Source of the DNA: Bacilli bacterium
GTDB lineage: Bacteria; Bacillota_I; Bacilli_A; RF39; UBA660
Assembly (NCBI GenBank): GCA_016302935.1
Contig: JAEDMO010000001.1
Coordinates: 141 to 64,140 of the forward strand
Length of the DNA stretch: 64,000 nt
Direction of reading: 5' to 3'
Under the pieces are notes generated by a model. It saw only the letters and a program-made list of their open reading frames with translations, ran no database searches and had not been told where the DNA came from. Numbering within the stretch: the stretch's first letter is position 1; each line of letters begins with the position of its first letter. Of the stretch, positions 18,201 through 27,087 are shown one piece after another. The translations under genes were made by a program, and so were the position numbers.

Positions 18201-19773
18201 CTATTCTTTTTGCTAATCTTGCTTCAAGATATGAACCTATTTTTTTATATTCTTCATCGTTAGTGGCAAAAAATCTCAATTCCTTATCATTACTAAAACA
18301 ATGGGGTAACATTTTTATATATTCCCAATTATTTTCGTTTGCTTCGTTTGTTAAGACTACTAATTTTAAATCATCATAACTATGATAGGTAATTAATTGT
18401 AATAATATATTATTTATAAATGGTGTTATTTTGTCTTGTATTCCCATAATCGCTGTTACTTTTTTGTTGTAAAACGAAAAGCCAATAGGGACGCGATATA
18501 ATGTCTTATATTCGTTTATCATATCTTCCGCTGTTTTCTTTAGGGGATCTTCTTCTATAATAAATTCATCTTCACTAAAATTAATATTAGCATCCAAAGG
18601 AATATCTCCAATACCTATATTTACTGTTAGAAAGTCTTGTTGAGATATTTTTCTTTCCCATAAAGTACGTTTTCTATTTTTAATAATGTCATAGCATTCT
18701 TCTAAGGATAATAAATTTTCTTTTAGTATTTGGCGTTGATTAATTGTTTCTAAGTCTAATAGACGTTTCTTTTCCTTCAGATATACATTATATTTTTCTA
18801 CTCTTCCTTTTTCTTTCTTTTTCAATTGCTTTCTACGGTAACGTTTAGTTAAATTAGGCCACAATAATATGCTTAATAGCATTGCAAAGGCAATGGTTAT
18901 GCTACTCCATGAATTTGCTAAAGTCGCTGTTTTGTTTATTAATTTAGTAATGACATTAGCAAGGCTAACAATTGATATTGCTCCCATAGTTAACATTGGA
19001 CCCGCTACTAATATAAACGGTACTTCTTCTTCCTTGAACGGAGATGGAGGAGGTGCTATAGTTAATTCATATGTTTTAATAAATCTTCTTAATCTTGGTG
19101 TTTTAAAAAAATAATCTTCTTCGTCATAATAGTCTTCTTCATTTACTTCCGTATCATTTTGATTAATGATTGGTATGTCCACCGGAGATATTGCTGACAT
19201 GTTTAATCTTATTTGATTATTAGGATTATTTATAATTAGCATTTTATTGATAATGGTGAGGCTTAGCCCCATTATAAAAATAGTATCTCCATTTTTTATA
19301 GGAGTTATTTTTTTATTTACTCGGTCATTGTTTAAATATACTACGGAGTTATCACTTATTGTTAATATCAAACCATTGTTTTTATATGATAACGATGCAT
19401 AATTGGGACTGATATAGCTATTGTTATAAATTATGTTGGCTTCGCTGTTATTCCCTATAACTATGTCTGCATTATCATTTATTTGATATAGTTTCATGGT
19501 AGTATCATAGCTACTTAAAGTATATATTAAATAGTTATTTTTATTATTTGCAAAAGTATAAAATTGTTCATTTTCTAACTTCTTACTTTCTATATATTTT
19601 TGTCCCTCTATTATTTTATTTTCCTTGTTGCTCAATAAATACCAAGCATTATCGAGAGCTTCAATATTTATTAGTTTGTTATTATTTGAATCGACAATCC
19701 AAAAACTTCCTTCTATTTTACTGGGCAAATCAGTATATTTTAATTTATCTGCATACAAGGTTACTATTTTCAT
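15202..19773 (-). CDS. essC: Type VII secretion system FtsK/SpoIIIE-family ATPase EssC
   Basis: 1523 aa. N-terminal FHA-like region, then two TM helices. D1 carries Walker A GTTGSGKSE and Walker B IICDEFAEL; D2 and D3 have degenerate P-loops (GLSGVGRE). Confidence 0.9.
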   Translation of the reverse strand: MKIVTLYADKLKYTDLPSKIEGSFWIVDSNNNKLINIEALDNAWYLLSNKENKIIEGQKYIESKKLENEQFYTFANNKNNYLIYTLSSYDTTMKLYQINDNADIVIGNNSEANIIYNNSYISPNYASLSYKNNGLILTISDNSVVYLNNDRVNKKITPIKNGDTIFIMGLSLTIINKMLIINNPNNQIRLNMSAISPVDIPIINQNDTEVNEEDYYDEEDYFFKTPRLRRFIKTYELTIAPPPSPFKEEEVPFILVAGPMLTMGAISIVSLANVITKLINKTATLANSWSSITIAFAMLLSILLWPNLTKRYRRKQLKKKEKGRVEKYNVYLKEKKRLLDLETINQRQILKENLLSLEECYDIIKNRKRTLWERKISQQDFLTVNIGIGDIPLDANINFSEDEFIIEEDPLKKTAEDMINEYKTLYRVPIGFSFYNKKVTAIMGIQDKITPFINNILLQLITYHSYDDLKLVVLTNEANENNWEYIKMLPHCFSNDKELRFFATNDEEYKKIGSYLEARLAKRIEQNQSSSDNVENEDGEESNTYLPYYLILTDDYLNIRKLGITEKILAEKNNYGFSFIVKESRLGKMPSECETFINIGSSSSTVLSTSINNSYQQSFQDEIRNNFDMQECAQILANIPIAFELDKRNLPSFLSFLDMYKIGKIEQLNAMNRWRINNPTKYLRAPIGVNDTNDIIYLDLHEKMHGPHGLIAGTTGSGKSEFIITYILSMAVNYSPNEVSFILIDYKGGGLAGAFENKKNNIKLPHLSGTITNLDKTELNRTLVSIDSELKRRQQSFNEARDELGESTMDIYKYQKLYRENKIKSPIPHLFIICDEFAELKSQQPEFMDNLISTARIGRSLGVHLILATQKPSGVVNDQIWSNSKFRVCLKVQDKADSNEMIKCPNAAELTNVGRFYLQVGYNEMLVLGQSGYSGSPYIPKDVVTQEIDRSIMFVDNTGDIIKQVDIADNSKQRVISQGDELSNILKYITNIATRENTFARRLWLDNIPKDIYIDELIKKYKFTPTNKITAIIGEYDDPSNQRQDLVAINLDTEGNTLVYGLSGVGREMFIKALIYSTCTSYKTEEINFYIFDFGSESLRIFSKLPHVGDICFSNENEKINKMLSMIEDEIQSRKKLFVDYNGDYETYCQNSGNKLPIYVVVINNYDALKESYSQYEELITKISRDGKRYGILMVITANSTTGMFSRLTRNFGNVYALDMNDKNDYINILGKIGNVYPSDFVGRGIFKKDLAYEFQTAKITEENKLVEFITTLSKKLSEANTYKAIKIPVLPEKITPNMVTSDNITIKNIPLGIDKEELNIYTYNFKKDKGTLIASNQIEDCLGIAKNITNMFKKTGNTISIALDAEEALNSIKNNFNNYYTTNFDETIKNIDNFIEQKIVNTQYEVVIMIIGLEKFKLNINTNDFNKFINKIKLIKNVTIIYIDSSFKIKKVAFESWYNEIINNANGIWIGNGIIDQINIKINDVSKKYKEQIDSNYAWIIKNASGTLIKLVTEEEENTDEE

Positions 19774-19800
19774 ATTGTCATCACCTCTATCTTAATAATA

Positions 19801-19829
19801 ATTTTACCATAATAATTTTAAGTTTTCAA
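19801..19829 (-). promoter_or_regulatory. Sigma-A-like promoter for essC
   Basis: On the - strand: TTGAAA, 17 nt, TAAAAT, then a GAGGTGA RBS ahead of the ATG at 19773. Confidence 0.45.
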
Positions 19830-19844
19830 CGGGATATTAATTTT

Positions 19845-19870
19845 AAAAAAAAAAACCTAAAATTTTAGGT
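19845..19870 (-). terminator. Intrinsic terminator after rpsR
   Basis: cctaaaa/ttttagg hairpin followed by T10 on the - strand, between the rpsR stop and the essC promoter. Confidence 0.55.
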
Positions 19871-19871
19871 C

Positions 19872-20090
19872 TTATTTAACATATGGTATTAAGGCCATAA
19901 ATCTAGCTCTTTTTACTTCCATAGCTACATGTCTTTGATGTTTTGCACAGGTACCAGTTACTCTTCTTGGTAGTATTTTACCAGTATCTAAATTAATATA
20001 TTTACTTATTATTGCAACATCTTTATAGTTTACTGTTTTTCCAGCACACATATGACATATTTTTTTTCTTTTTTTATGAAACTCTGCCAT
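19872..20090 (-). CDS. rpsR: 30S ribosomal protein S18
   Basis: 72 aa. The KILPRRVTG ... KRARFMALIPY motif is conserved in S18. Confidence 0.95.
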   Translation of the reverse strand: MAEFHKKRKKICHMCAGKTVNYKDVAIISKYINLDTGKILPRRVTGTCAKHQRHVAMEVKRARFMALIPYVK

Positions 20091-20102
20091 AAATCCTCCT
20101 TT

Positions 20103-20597
20103 TTAAAAAGGTAAATCGTCATCACTTAAATCGATTGATTGCCCAAAACTTTCAAATGGGTCTTTGCTTACATCAACAGTTTCGTTTTGCTTTGATGGTT
20201 CATCTATAGGTGCATAAGTATTTGGAGTATCTACCATATTATCAAATGGATTGCTACTATTATTTACATTAGTATTTGATCCTTTTGATTCTAGAAATTG
20301 AACACTTAAAGCGACTACTTCAGTGACGTATACTTTTTTACCTTCATTATTATCATAATTTCTTGTTTGAATTCTTCCTTCGACAGCTACTAAACGACCT
20401 TTTGTTAGGTATTTAGCAACATTTTCGGCTTGTTTATCCCAGATAACAACGTTAATAAAGTCTGCTTCTCTTTCACCATTTTGATTAGTAAATGTTCTAT
20501 TTACTGCAACAGTGATTTGAGTTACGGCTCTATTTGATCCTGTATATCTTAATTCTGGATCTTTAGTTAATCTTCCTATTAATATTACTTTATTCAT
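20103..20597 (-). CDS. ssb: Single-stranded DNA-binding protein
   Basis: 164 aa. OB-fold N-terminus MNKVILIGRLTKDPELRYT and the acidic C-terminal tail DDDLPF. Confidence 0.9.
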   Translation of the reverse strand: MNKVILIGRLTKDPELRYTGSNRAVTQITVAVNRTFTNQNGEREADFINVVIWDKQAENVAKYLTKGRLVAVEGRIQTRNYDNNEGKKVYVTEVVALSVQFLESKGSNTNVNNSSNPFDNMVDTPNTYAPIDEPSKQNETVDVSKDPFESFGQSIDLSDDDLPF

Positions 20598-20605
20598 ACT
20601 ATCTC

Positions 20606-20896
20606 CTATTTATCTAGATTAATTATTAGATGACGAATAACATTTTCATTAATTCTAGCAATACGATCAAATTCTTTGATTGCTTTATCATTTTCTGCTT
20701 CAATGTTATATAGATAATAATAACCTGATTTGTATTTCTTTATTTCATAGGCTAATTCTTTTTGTCCTAGTTCTTTTGATAAAGTGATAGTAGCTTTATT
20801 GTTAGTAAATATTTTTTCTAAATCACTTACTGTTTTTTTTAATACTTCACTTTCTAAATTAGGTTGAACTATAAACATAATTTCATATTTTTTCAC
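20606..20896 (-). CDS. rpsF: 30S ribosomal protein S6
   Basis: 96 aa. MKKYEIMFIVQPNLE is a typical S6 N-terminus. The rpsF-ssb-rpsR order is the conserved operon. Confidence 0.9.
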   Translation of the reverse strand: MKKYEIMFIVQPNLESEVLKKTVSDLEKIFTNNKATITLSKELGQKELAYEIKKYKSGYYYLYNIEAENDKAIKEFDRIARINENVIRHLIINLDK

Positions 20897-21064
20897 AGTT
20901 TTACACCTCCTTTTGGTCTTATCGGCTCATTTTTGAGCAAGGAGCTTTGCGCTCGGTAATATTATAACAAACTGTTTTCAAGAAGTAAATGATTTTTTTA
21001 ATTATTTTGTTATATGTTATGTTTTTTTTATTATTTTATGCCTTTAGCTATAATTTTATGGTGT

Positions 21065-22171
21065 TTACTTGCTTACATTAAATCTAAAATAACATATGTC
21101 ACCATCTTGCATTAGGTAATCCTTTCCTTCTAGACGGACTTTCCCTGCTTCTTTTACGGCTTTTTCTGTTTTATATTGGACTAAGTCACTATAACTCATT
21201 ATTTCTGCTTTAATAAAGCCTTTTTCAAAATCTGAATGAATAATTCCTGCACATTCTTTGGCATTCATTCCTTTTTTAAAAGTCCAAGCACGGCATTCGT
21301 CACTACCTGCAGTAAAGTATGTGGCTAGTCCTAATAGTGAATAGGTTTTTTTTACCAATTGATCGAGTCCGCTTTCGGCAATACCTAATTCGTTTAAAAA
21401 TATTTCTTTTTCGTCGTCTGGTAATTCTGATAATTCGCTTTCTATTTTAGCGCATACCATTATGGCTTCGCTTTTTTCATTTTTAGCATATTCCATTACT
21501 TGGTCAACATAGGAGTTCCCTTTGTTATTTATGTCTATTTCTTTAACGTTGGCAACATAGATTATTGGTTTTTCCGTAATTAAATTAAATGATGATATTA
21601 TTTTTTTTTCTTCTTCATCTATTAACAATTTTCTAACAGGAATGTTTTGTTCTAATGATTCTTTTATTTTATTTAGAAGATTTAATTCTCTCAATTCTTC
21701 TTTATTATTGGTCATTTTGGCTTTTTTGCCTATTTTATTTATTCTGTTTTGAATTATTTCTAGGTCGGATAGTATTAATTCTACGTTAATTACTTCAATA
21801 TCTTTTATTGGGTCTACCTTACCATCTACGTGAATAATATTTTCATCATCAAAGCAACGAACTACTTCAACTATGGCATCTACTTGTCTTATGTGTGATA
21901 GAAATTTATTGCCTAATCCTTCTCCTTCTGAAGCTCCTTTAACAAGACCTGCAATATCTGTAAATTCAAATGATGTAGGTATAGTTCTTTCTGGTGAATA
22001 TATATTTTCTAAGGTTTGTAATCTAATGTCTGGTACGATTACTACACCAACGTTAGGATCAATTGTAGCAAAAGGATAGTTAGCTGCTAAAATATTTTTT
22101 TTGGTTATAGCATTAAATAGTGTCGATTTACCAACGTTTGGTAGTCCAACGATACCGGCTGTTAAACTCAT
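21065..22171 (-). CDS. ychF: Ribosome-binding ATPase YchF
   Basis: 368 aa. [19 protein letters not shown]-loop and a C-terminal TGS domain. Confidence 0.9.
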   Translation of the reverse strand: MSLTAGIVGLPNVGKSTLFNAITKKNILAANYPFATIDPNVGVVIVPDIRLQTLENIYSPERTIPTSFEFTDIAGLVKGASEGEGLGNKFLSHIRQVDAIVEVVRCFDDENIIHVDGKVDPIKDIEVINVELILSDLEIIQNRINKIGKKAKMTNNKEELRELNLLNKIKESLEQNIPVRKLLIDEEEKKIISSFNLITEKPIIYVANVKEIDINNKGNSYVDQVMEYAKNEKSEAIMVCAKIESELSELPDDEKEIFLNELGIAESGLDQLVKKTYSLLGLATYFTAGSDECRAWTFKKGMNAKECAGIIHSDFEKGFIKAEIMSYSDLVQYKTEKAVKEAGKVRLEGKDYLMQDGDICYFRFNVSK

Positions 22172-22257
22172 ATTTTCATCTTCTTTCTTGTTTATTATAA
22201 AAAACCTTCGTTATGGAATATTATTCACACACATTTTAAGAAGGTTTATTTTTTTAT

Positions 22258-23790
22258 TTATAGCATTGGGCTTACACCAGGACCTATTGGTAGGCCGATG
22301 ATATAAAATCCTAGGATTATTACTAACCAAAGAATGGCAAAGGCGATAGTGTAAGGTGCCATTAGACTCATCGCATCGGTTAGAGTAATTGTTTGTTCTT
22401 TTTTTTGGTTATATATTTGTAAGAATCCAATTAATAATACGAAATAGCTAAATAGGGGAGTTATTCCTTTTACTGATGAATCGGCCGCTCTAAAGACTGC
22501 TGTAGCAAATTCTGGTGTCATAGAACTGGTCATAAACATCGGTACTATTACTGGGGCTAATATTGCCCATTTAGTTGATGCTACTGGTACAAAAATTGTA
22601 CAGATTGCTATTATAATAAAGCTTATGATGATCAGTAGCAGGCCAGTTAGTTCTAGGTTGCCGATGGCTTCTGCAAGTGATGCTGTTATGAATATACCGA
22701 TGTTGCTTTTTTTAAATATTGATATTAATTGAGCTGCAAAGAATATTAGTACTAGGATAGAGGATATATCAGTTAAATAGTATCCCATTGCATCAACAAA
22801 ATCTTTATTATTTTTGATCGTTTTTACTCTTAATCCATATATTAGACCAGCAATCATTAGATAAGTGCTTATTATAAAGACAATTCCTTGGCTAAAGTAA
22901 GAATTAGCTCCAAATAATTGATCTACGTAAGATGTATCTTTTAGATATAGGAATAATCCAGAGAAGGGTAGACCCGGGATAATGCAATAGATTGTTATTA
23001 GCAAAAGGATTAAGAGAGTAAGTAATGATAGGGTTAGTCCTTTTCTTTCTTTTGGTGCTATTTCTTCTTCTAAAGTTTCTTCATAGTTATATTTTCCTAG
23101 TTTTGGAATGATATATTTTTCAGTTATTATCATACCGACATAAGATAGAAGAATAGTACTTATAATAGTTAGAAATATATTACCGCTGATACTAACTTTA
23201 TAAGTAGCATCTAATATTAATGCAGAACTGGATGTATAGGTATTTAATATACTATCTAATCCATTTACTACAATGTTAGCACCATATCCAAATGTTATTC
23301 CGGCGAATGCTGCACATATACCAGCAGATGGGTGTCTTTTTAGGCTCATAAAGAGAATGGCACTTAGAGGTATTAAGATAACATAAGCCATTTCATAAAA
23401 CATCGATAGAATAATACCGGTAAATATTACCATAAAGGTTATAAATTTTCTTGATACTCCTTTTTTAATCAATTTAAATAGGGTAGTTAAAAAGCCTGAT
23501 TTATAGGCAACACCAACTCCTAGAAGGCCTACGATTAGTGTTCCTAATGGAGCAAAATTGATGAAGTTTGATATCATATTGCTAACCATATATTGAATAC
23601 CTGTTCTATTAAATATGGAATCTATTTGAACTAGTTCAGCTTCCATTTTACCGGTAATAGGGTTAACATTATAATAGGTAGTTTGTAGTCCTAAGGCATC
23701 TCCAATGCCACTTATAACTACCACTATGGCAATAATTACCAGGATCATTAATACAGGATGTAAATTTATTTTTTTTCTTCCTTTTCTCAT
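22258..23790 (-). CDS. AbgT family transporter (p-aminobenzoyl-glutamate transporter-like)
   Basis: 510 aa, multi-TM. The N-terminal region resembles the AbgT/MtrF family. Confidence 0.6.
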   Translation of the reverse strand: MRKGRKKINLHPVLMILVIIAIVVVISGIGDALGLQTTYYNVNPITGKMEAELVQIDSIFNRTGIQYMVSNMISNFINFAPLGTLIVGLLGVGVAYKSGFLTTLFKLIKKGVSRKFITFMVIFTGIILSMFYEMAYVILIPLSAILFMSLKRHPSAGICAAFAGITFGYGANIVVNGLDSILNTYTSSSALILDATYKVSISGNIFLTIISTILLSYVGMIITEKYIIPKLGKYNYEETLEEEIAPKERKGLTLSLLTLLILLLITIYCIIPGLPFSGLFLYLKDTSYVDQLFGANSYFSQGIVFIISTYLMIAGLIYGLRVKTIKNNKDFVDAMGYYLTDISSILVLIFFAAQLISIFKKSNIGIFITASLAEAIGNLELTGLLLIIISFIIIAICTIFVPVASTKWAILAPVIVPMFMTSSMTPEFATAVFRAADSSVKGITPLFSYFVLLIGFLQIYNQKKEQTITLTDAMSLMAPYTIAFAILWLVIILGFYIIGLPIGPGVSPML

Positions 23791-23987
23791 ATACTAACCA
23801 CCTTTTTTAGTTTTTTATTAAATTCTATTCTTGGTAACATAATACATCTACCACAGGATGTACATTTGATTTTAATATCGACGCCAATTCTGACTATTTC
23901 CCATTCGTTACTACCACATGGGTGAGGCTTTTTCATTGTAACAATACTGCCTAGTTTATATTCTTTATTCAAGTTAGTCTCCTCCAA
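23787..23987 (-). CDS. DUF951 family small zinc-ribbon protein
   Basis: 66 aa. KKPHPCG ... C..CGR pattern. DUF951 genes commonly sit near ychF in Firmicutes. Confidence 0.55.
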   Translation of the reverse strand: MEETNLNKEYKLGSIVTMKKPHPCGSNEWEIVRIGVDIKIKCTSCGRCIMLPRIEFNKKLKKVVSI

Positions 23988-24083
23988 ACATCAAAACTTA
24001 TATTTATTTGATTATATCACGAATAAAAAATTATGTAAATTATAGAAATTTAATTTTATCTTTTTAGTTGTGATATAATATCT

Positions 24084-24983
24084 TTGGTGATTTTTATGGG
24101 CGATAAGTGCAGTTTATGTCCTAGGGGATGTTTAATAGATAGAAATAATAGGGTAGGTTATTGTAATGTTAATTCTCAACTTAAAATTGCTAGGGCATCT
24201 TTGCATATGTGGGAAGAGCCTTGTATATCTGGTGAAAAGGGCAGTGGTACTATTTTTTTTAGTGGATGTAATTTGAGGTGTGTGTATTGTCAGAATTATA
24301 ATATTTCTCATAATGGTTTTGGTAAAGAAATATCGGTTTCTAGATTAGTGGAGATATTCTTTGAACTTAGAGATAGGGGAGCTAATAATATTAATTTAGT
24401 GACACCTAGTCATTTTGTTCCTTTAATTAAAGAGGCTATAATTATGGCTAAAGAGAAGGGATTTGATCTTCCGTTTGTATATAATTCTTCAGGATACGAT
24501 AGTATCAGTACTTTAAAAATGTTGGATGGTCTTATAGATGTATATTTACCTGATTTTAAGTATTTTGATAATGATTTAGCTATTATGTATTCTAAATGTC
24601 CTAATTATGTAGAAGTTGTCATGGAAGCAATAGAAGAGATGTATAGGCAAGTTGGACGCTTTGTTTTTGATGAGAATAATATGATTAAGAAGGGCGTTAT
24701 TGTTAGAAATTTAGTTTTACCCAATTATGTGGAAAACAGCAAGAATATTATTAAGTACTTATATGATACTTATGCAGATAATATCTATATTAGTATTATG
24801 AATCAATATACCCCTTGTGGTAAGTTAGAAGGGTATCCTGAAATTAATAGAAAACTTGCCTCTTATGAATATGAAGAGGTAGTTGAATATGCTGTTAGTC
24901 TTGGAGTATGCAATGCTTATATTCAAGAAGATGGTACTTGTGATGAAAGTTTTATTCCTTCATTTGATTTAAGTGGGGTATAG
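24084..24983 (+). CDS. Radical SAM protein (PflX/COG1313-like)
   Basis: 299 aa. N-terminal CSLCPRGC followed by the GCNLRCVYCQN radical-SAM CxxxCxxC cluster. Confidence 0.7.
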   Translation: MVIFMGDKCSLCPRGCLIDRNNRVGYCNVNSQLKIARASLHMWEEPCISGEKGSGTIFFSGCNLRCVYCQNYNISHNGFGKEISVSRLVEIFFELRDRGANNINLVTPSHFVPLIKEAIIMAKEKGFDLPFVYNSSGYDSISTLKMLDGLIDVYLPDFKYFDNDLAIMYSKCPNYVEVVMEAIEEMYRQVGRFVFDENNMIKKGVIVRNLVLPNYVENSKNIIKYLYDTYADNIYISIMNQYTPCGKLEGYPEINRKLASYEYEEVVEYAVSLGVCNAYIQEDGTCDESFIPSFDLSGV

Positions 24984-25020
24984 AAAAAAATTGTTAAACA
25001 TTTGTCTAACAATTTTTATT

Positions 25021-26010
25021 TTATCTATCTATTAAATACAGATTATCTAAAAGAATGCCTGTACCTTCAGCTACACAGGTAAGAGGACTTTCCGCTATGA
25101 AAACTGGCACTTTTAATTCCTGGCTTAGGAGATTGCTGAATCCATCTACCATCGCTCCACCACCGGTTAGAACAATTCCTTTGTCTATAATATCAGCGGA
25201 TAGTTCCGGTGGAGTTTGTTCTAGTATTCCTTTGGCACAATGAATAATAGTATAAACGCTTTCTCTTAGAGCTTCTTCTACCTCATCAGAATTTAAGGTT
25301 ATAGTGTGTGGTAGGCCCGTTACTAAGTCTCTACCTCTTACTTCCATTTTTTCTTTTCTTGAGCCTGGGAAAACAGTTCCTATTGTTTTTTTAATATCTT
25401 CAGCTGTTCTTTCACCAATTAATAGTTTATATTTATCCTTAATATATTTAACAATGTCTAAATCAAAGGCATTACCTGCTATTCTAATAGATGAGGAATT
25501 TACAATACCCCCTAAGGACAATATGGCAATATCTGTTGTTCCACCACCTATATCAATAACCATGTTACCGCTTGGTTTTGATATATCCATACCTGCTCCG
25601 ATGGCCGCTACTTTAGGTTCTTCTTCTAAGAACACTTTTTTAGCTCCAGTTCTTTCGGCAGCTTCTTTAATGGCATTTTTTTCTACTTGAGTGATATTTG
25701 ATGGACAACAGATAAGTATCCTTGGCCTTGAAAATAGATTTTTACCGTTTACTTTTTTTATAAAATGGTTAAGCATTACTTCTGTTGTTTCAAAGTCAGC
25801 GATAACTCCATCTTTCATAGGTTTTATAGCTTTTACTTTACCGGGTGTTCTTCCCAACATTTCGTGGGCTTCTTTCCCAACTGCTAAGGCTTTTTTTGTC
25901 TCTGAATCAATGGCTACAACACTTGGTTCATTTAAAACGATGCCTTGTCCTTTTATATATATTAAAACATTGGCAGTTCCTAAATCGATTCCAATATCTT
26001 TGTTGAACAT
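25021..26010 (-). CDS. mreB: Rod shape-determining protein MreB/Mbl family
   Basis: 329 aa. IGIDLGTANVLIY actin-fold N-terminus. Sits next to spoIIID, as mbl does in Bacillus. Confidence 0.9.
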   Translation of the reverse strand: MFNKDIGIDLGTANVLIYIKGQGIVLNEPSVVAIDSETKKALAVGKEAHEMLGRTPGKVKAIKPMKDGVIADFETTEVMLNHFIKKVNGKNLFSRPRILICCPSNITQVEKNAIKEAAERTGAKKVFLEEEPKVAAIGAGMDISKPSGNMVIDIGGGTTDIAILSLGGIVNSSSIRIAGNAFDLDIVKYIKDKYKLLIGERTAEDIKKTIGTVFPGSRKEKMEVRGRDLVTGLPHTITLNSDEVEEALRESVYTIIHCAKGILEQTPPELSADIIDKGIVLTGGGAMVDGFSNLLSQELKVPVFIAESPLTCVAEGTGILLDNLYLIDR

Positions 26011-26063
26011 AATATCACCTTCCTAGTAATTATTTTACCATGTTTTACCTTTTTTTTAAAGCT

Positions 26064-26321
26064 TTATTCGTTTTTTTTCAAAAGAAACTTATTACGTGTC
26101 GACTCGCCACCTTTAATGTGTCTAGTATCGATATGCTGTTTTAAAATCTCTTTAATTTGATTGCATAAATTTGCGTCTATTTCTAGTAATCTATTAGATA
26201 AATCTTTGTGAACGGTACTTTTACTAACACCAAATACTTTGGCAATTTCTCTAATGGTTTTTTTAGTTTTTAGAATGTATTCACTTTCTTTAAGTGTTCT
26301 GTTTATAATATTTTTATTCAT
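26064..26321 (-). CDS. spoIIID: Stage III sporulation transcriptional regulator SpoIIID
   Basis: 85 aa. IAKVFGVSKSTVHKDL helix-turn-helix closely matches SpoIIID. Confidence 0.8.
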   Translation of the reverse strand: MNKNIINRTLKESEYILKTKKTIREIAKVFGVSKSTVHKDLSNRLLEIDANLCNQIKEILKQHIDTRHIKGGESTRNKFLLKKNE

Positions 26322-26389
26322 AAGATTCCCCTTTATTTTAATATATGGGAAATCAATATAGTTTATGAAAGAAAAAAGGCAAGTTAAGC

Positions 26390-27028
26390 CTATAGTTCTT
26401 GTAATTTCTTGCCAAAATAATTTTCGGGGTTTACAACCATACCTTTATAATATAGTTCAAAGTGAAGATGTTCTTTTAGTTGTTTATTGATGTTATTTAC
26501 TCCACTTTTACCAATTATTTGGCCTTGTAAGACAGTATCATCGATCTTGACAGTAATATCTGATAAGCTTTGGTATACACTGATAATTTCATTATTGTGT
26601 CTTATTTCAACAATATTGCCTAAGATATTATCTTCTTTAACGTTGATTACAGTGCCGTCCAATACTGCTACTACGTCAAATGTTCCTTCTTTACGATAGT
26701 CGACGCCGGAATTTTGCATGTATGTATTTTCGTAATAAATAATGGCATTTTCTTGGTTAGTTACATCGCTTTGATAATCATAATAATTTTTAGCAATGCT
26801 AATATCTGTATCTAAGTATGGTCTTATTATAGTTGTTTCATTACCTATTACAGGTATGCTATAACTTTCTTCTAAAATTTCTTTATCTACATATTTTAAA
26901 TTTGGTTCTGGATCTTGAAAAACGACATTACTAACTATTAATTGAATAAAGTATATACTTAATCCAAACGCTACTACAGATAATACATAAATTGTTGGTA
27001 TAGCTATTTTTTTTAGTTTTTGTTGCAT
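26390..27028 (-). CDS. M23/LytM-domain protein, SpoIIQ-like (first catalytic His appears substituted)
   Basis: 212 aa. N-terminal TM. C-terminal HLHFELYYKG ... VNP of the M23 fold is present, but the upstream HxxxD position reads NSGVD. The spoIIQ-spoIIID-mbl order matches B. subtilis. Confidence 0.5.
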   Translation of the reverse strand: MQQKLKKIAIPTIYVLSVVAFGLSIYFIQLIVSNVVFQDPEPNLKYVDKEILEESYSIPVIGNETTIIRPYLDTDISIAKNYYDYQSDVTNQENAIIYYENTYMQNSGVDYRKEGTFDVVAVLDGTVINVKEDNILGNIVEIRHNNEIISVYQSLSDITVKIDDTVLQGQIIGKSGVNNINKQLKEHLHFELYYKGMVVNPENYFGKKLQEL

Positions 27029-27087
27029 ATAATTTTCACCTCTATTTTAAGTTTTTCCTAATTAGAAAATTATATACATATATTTTT

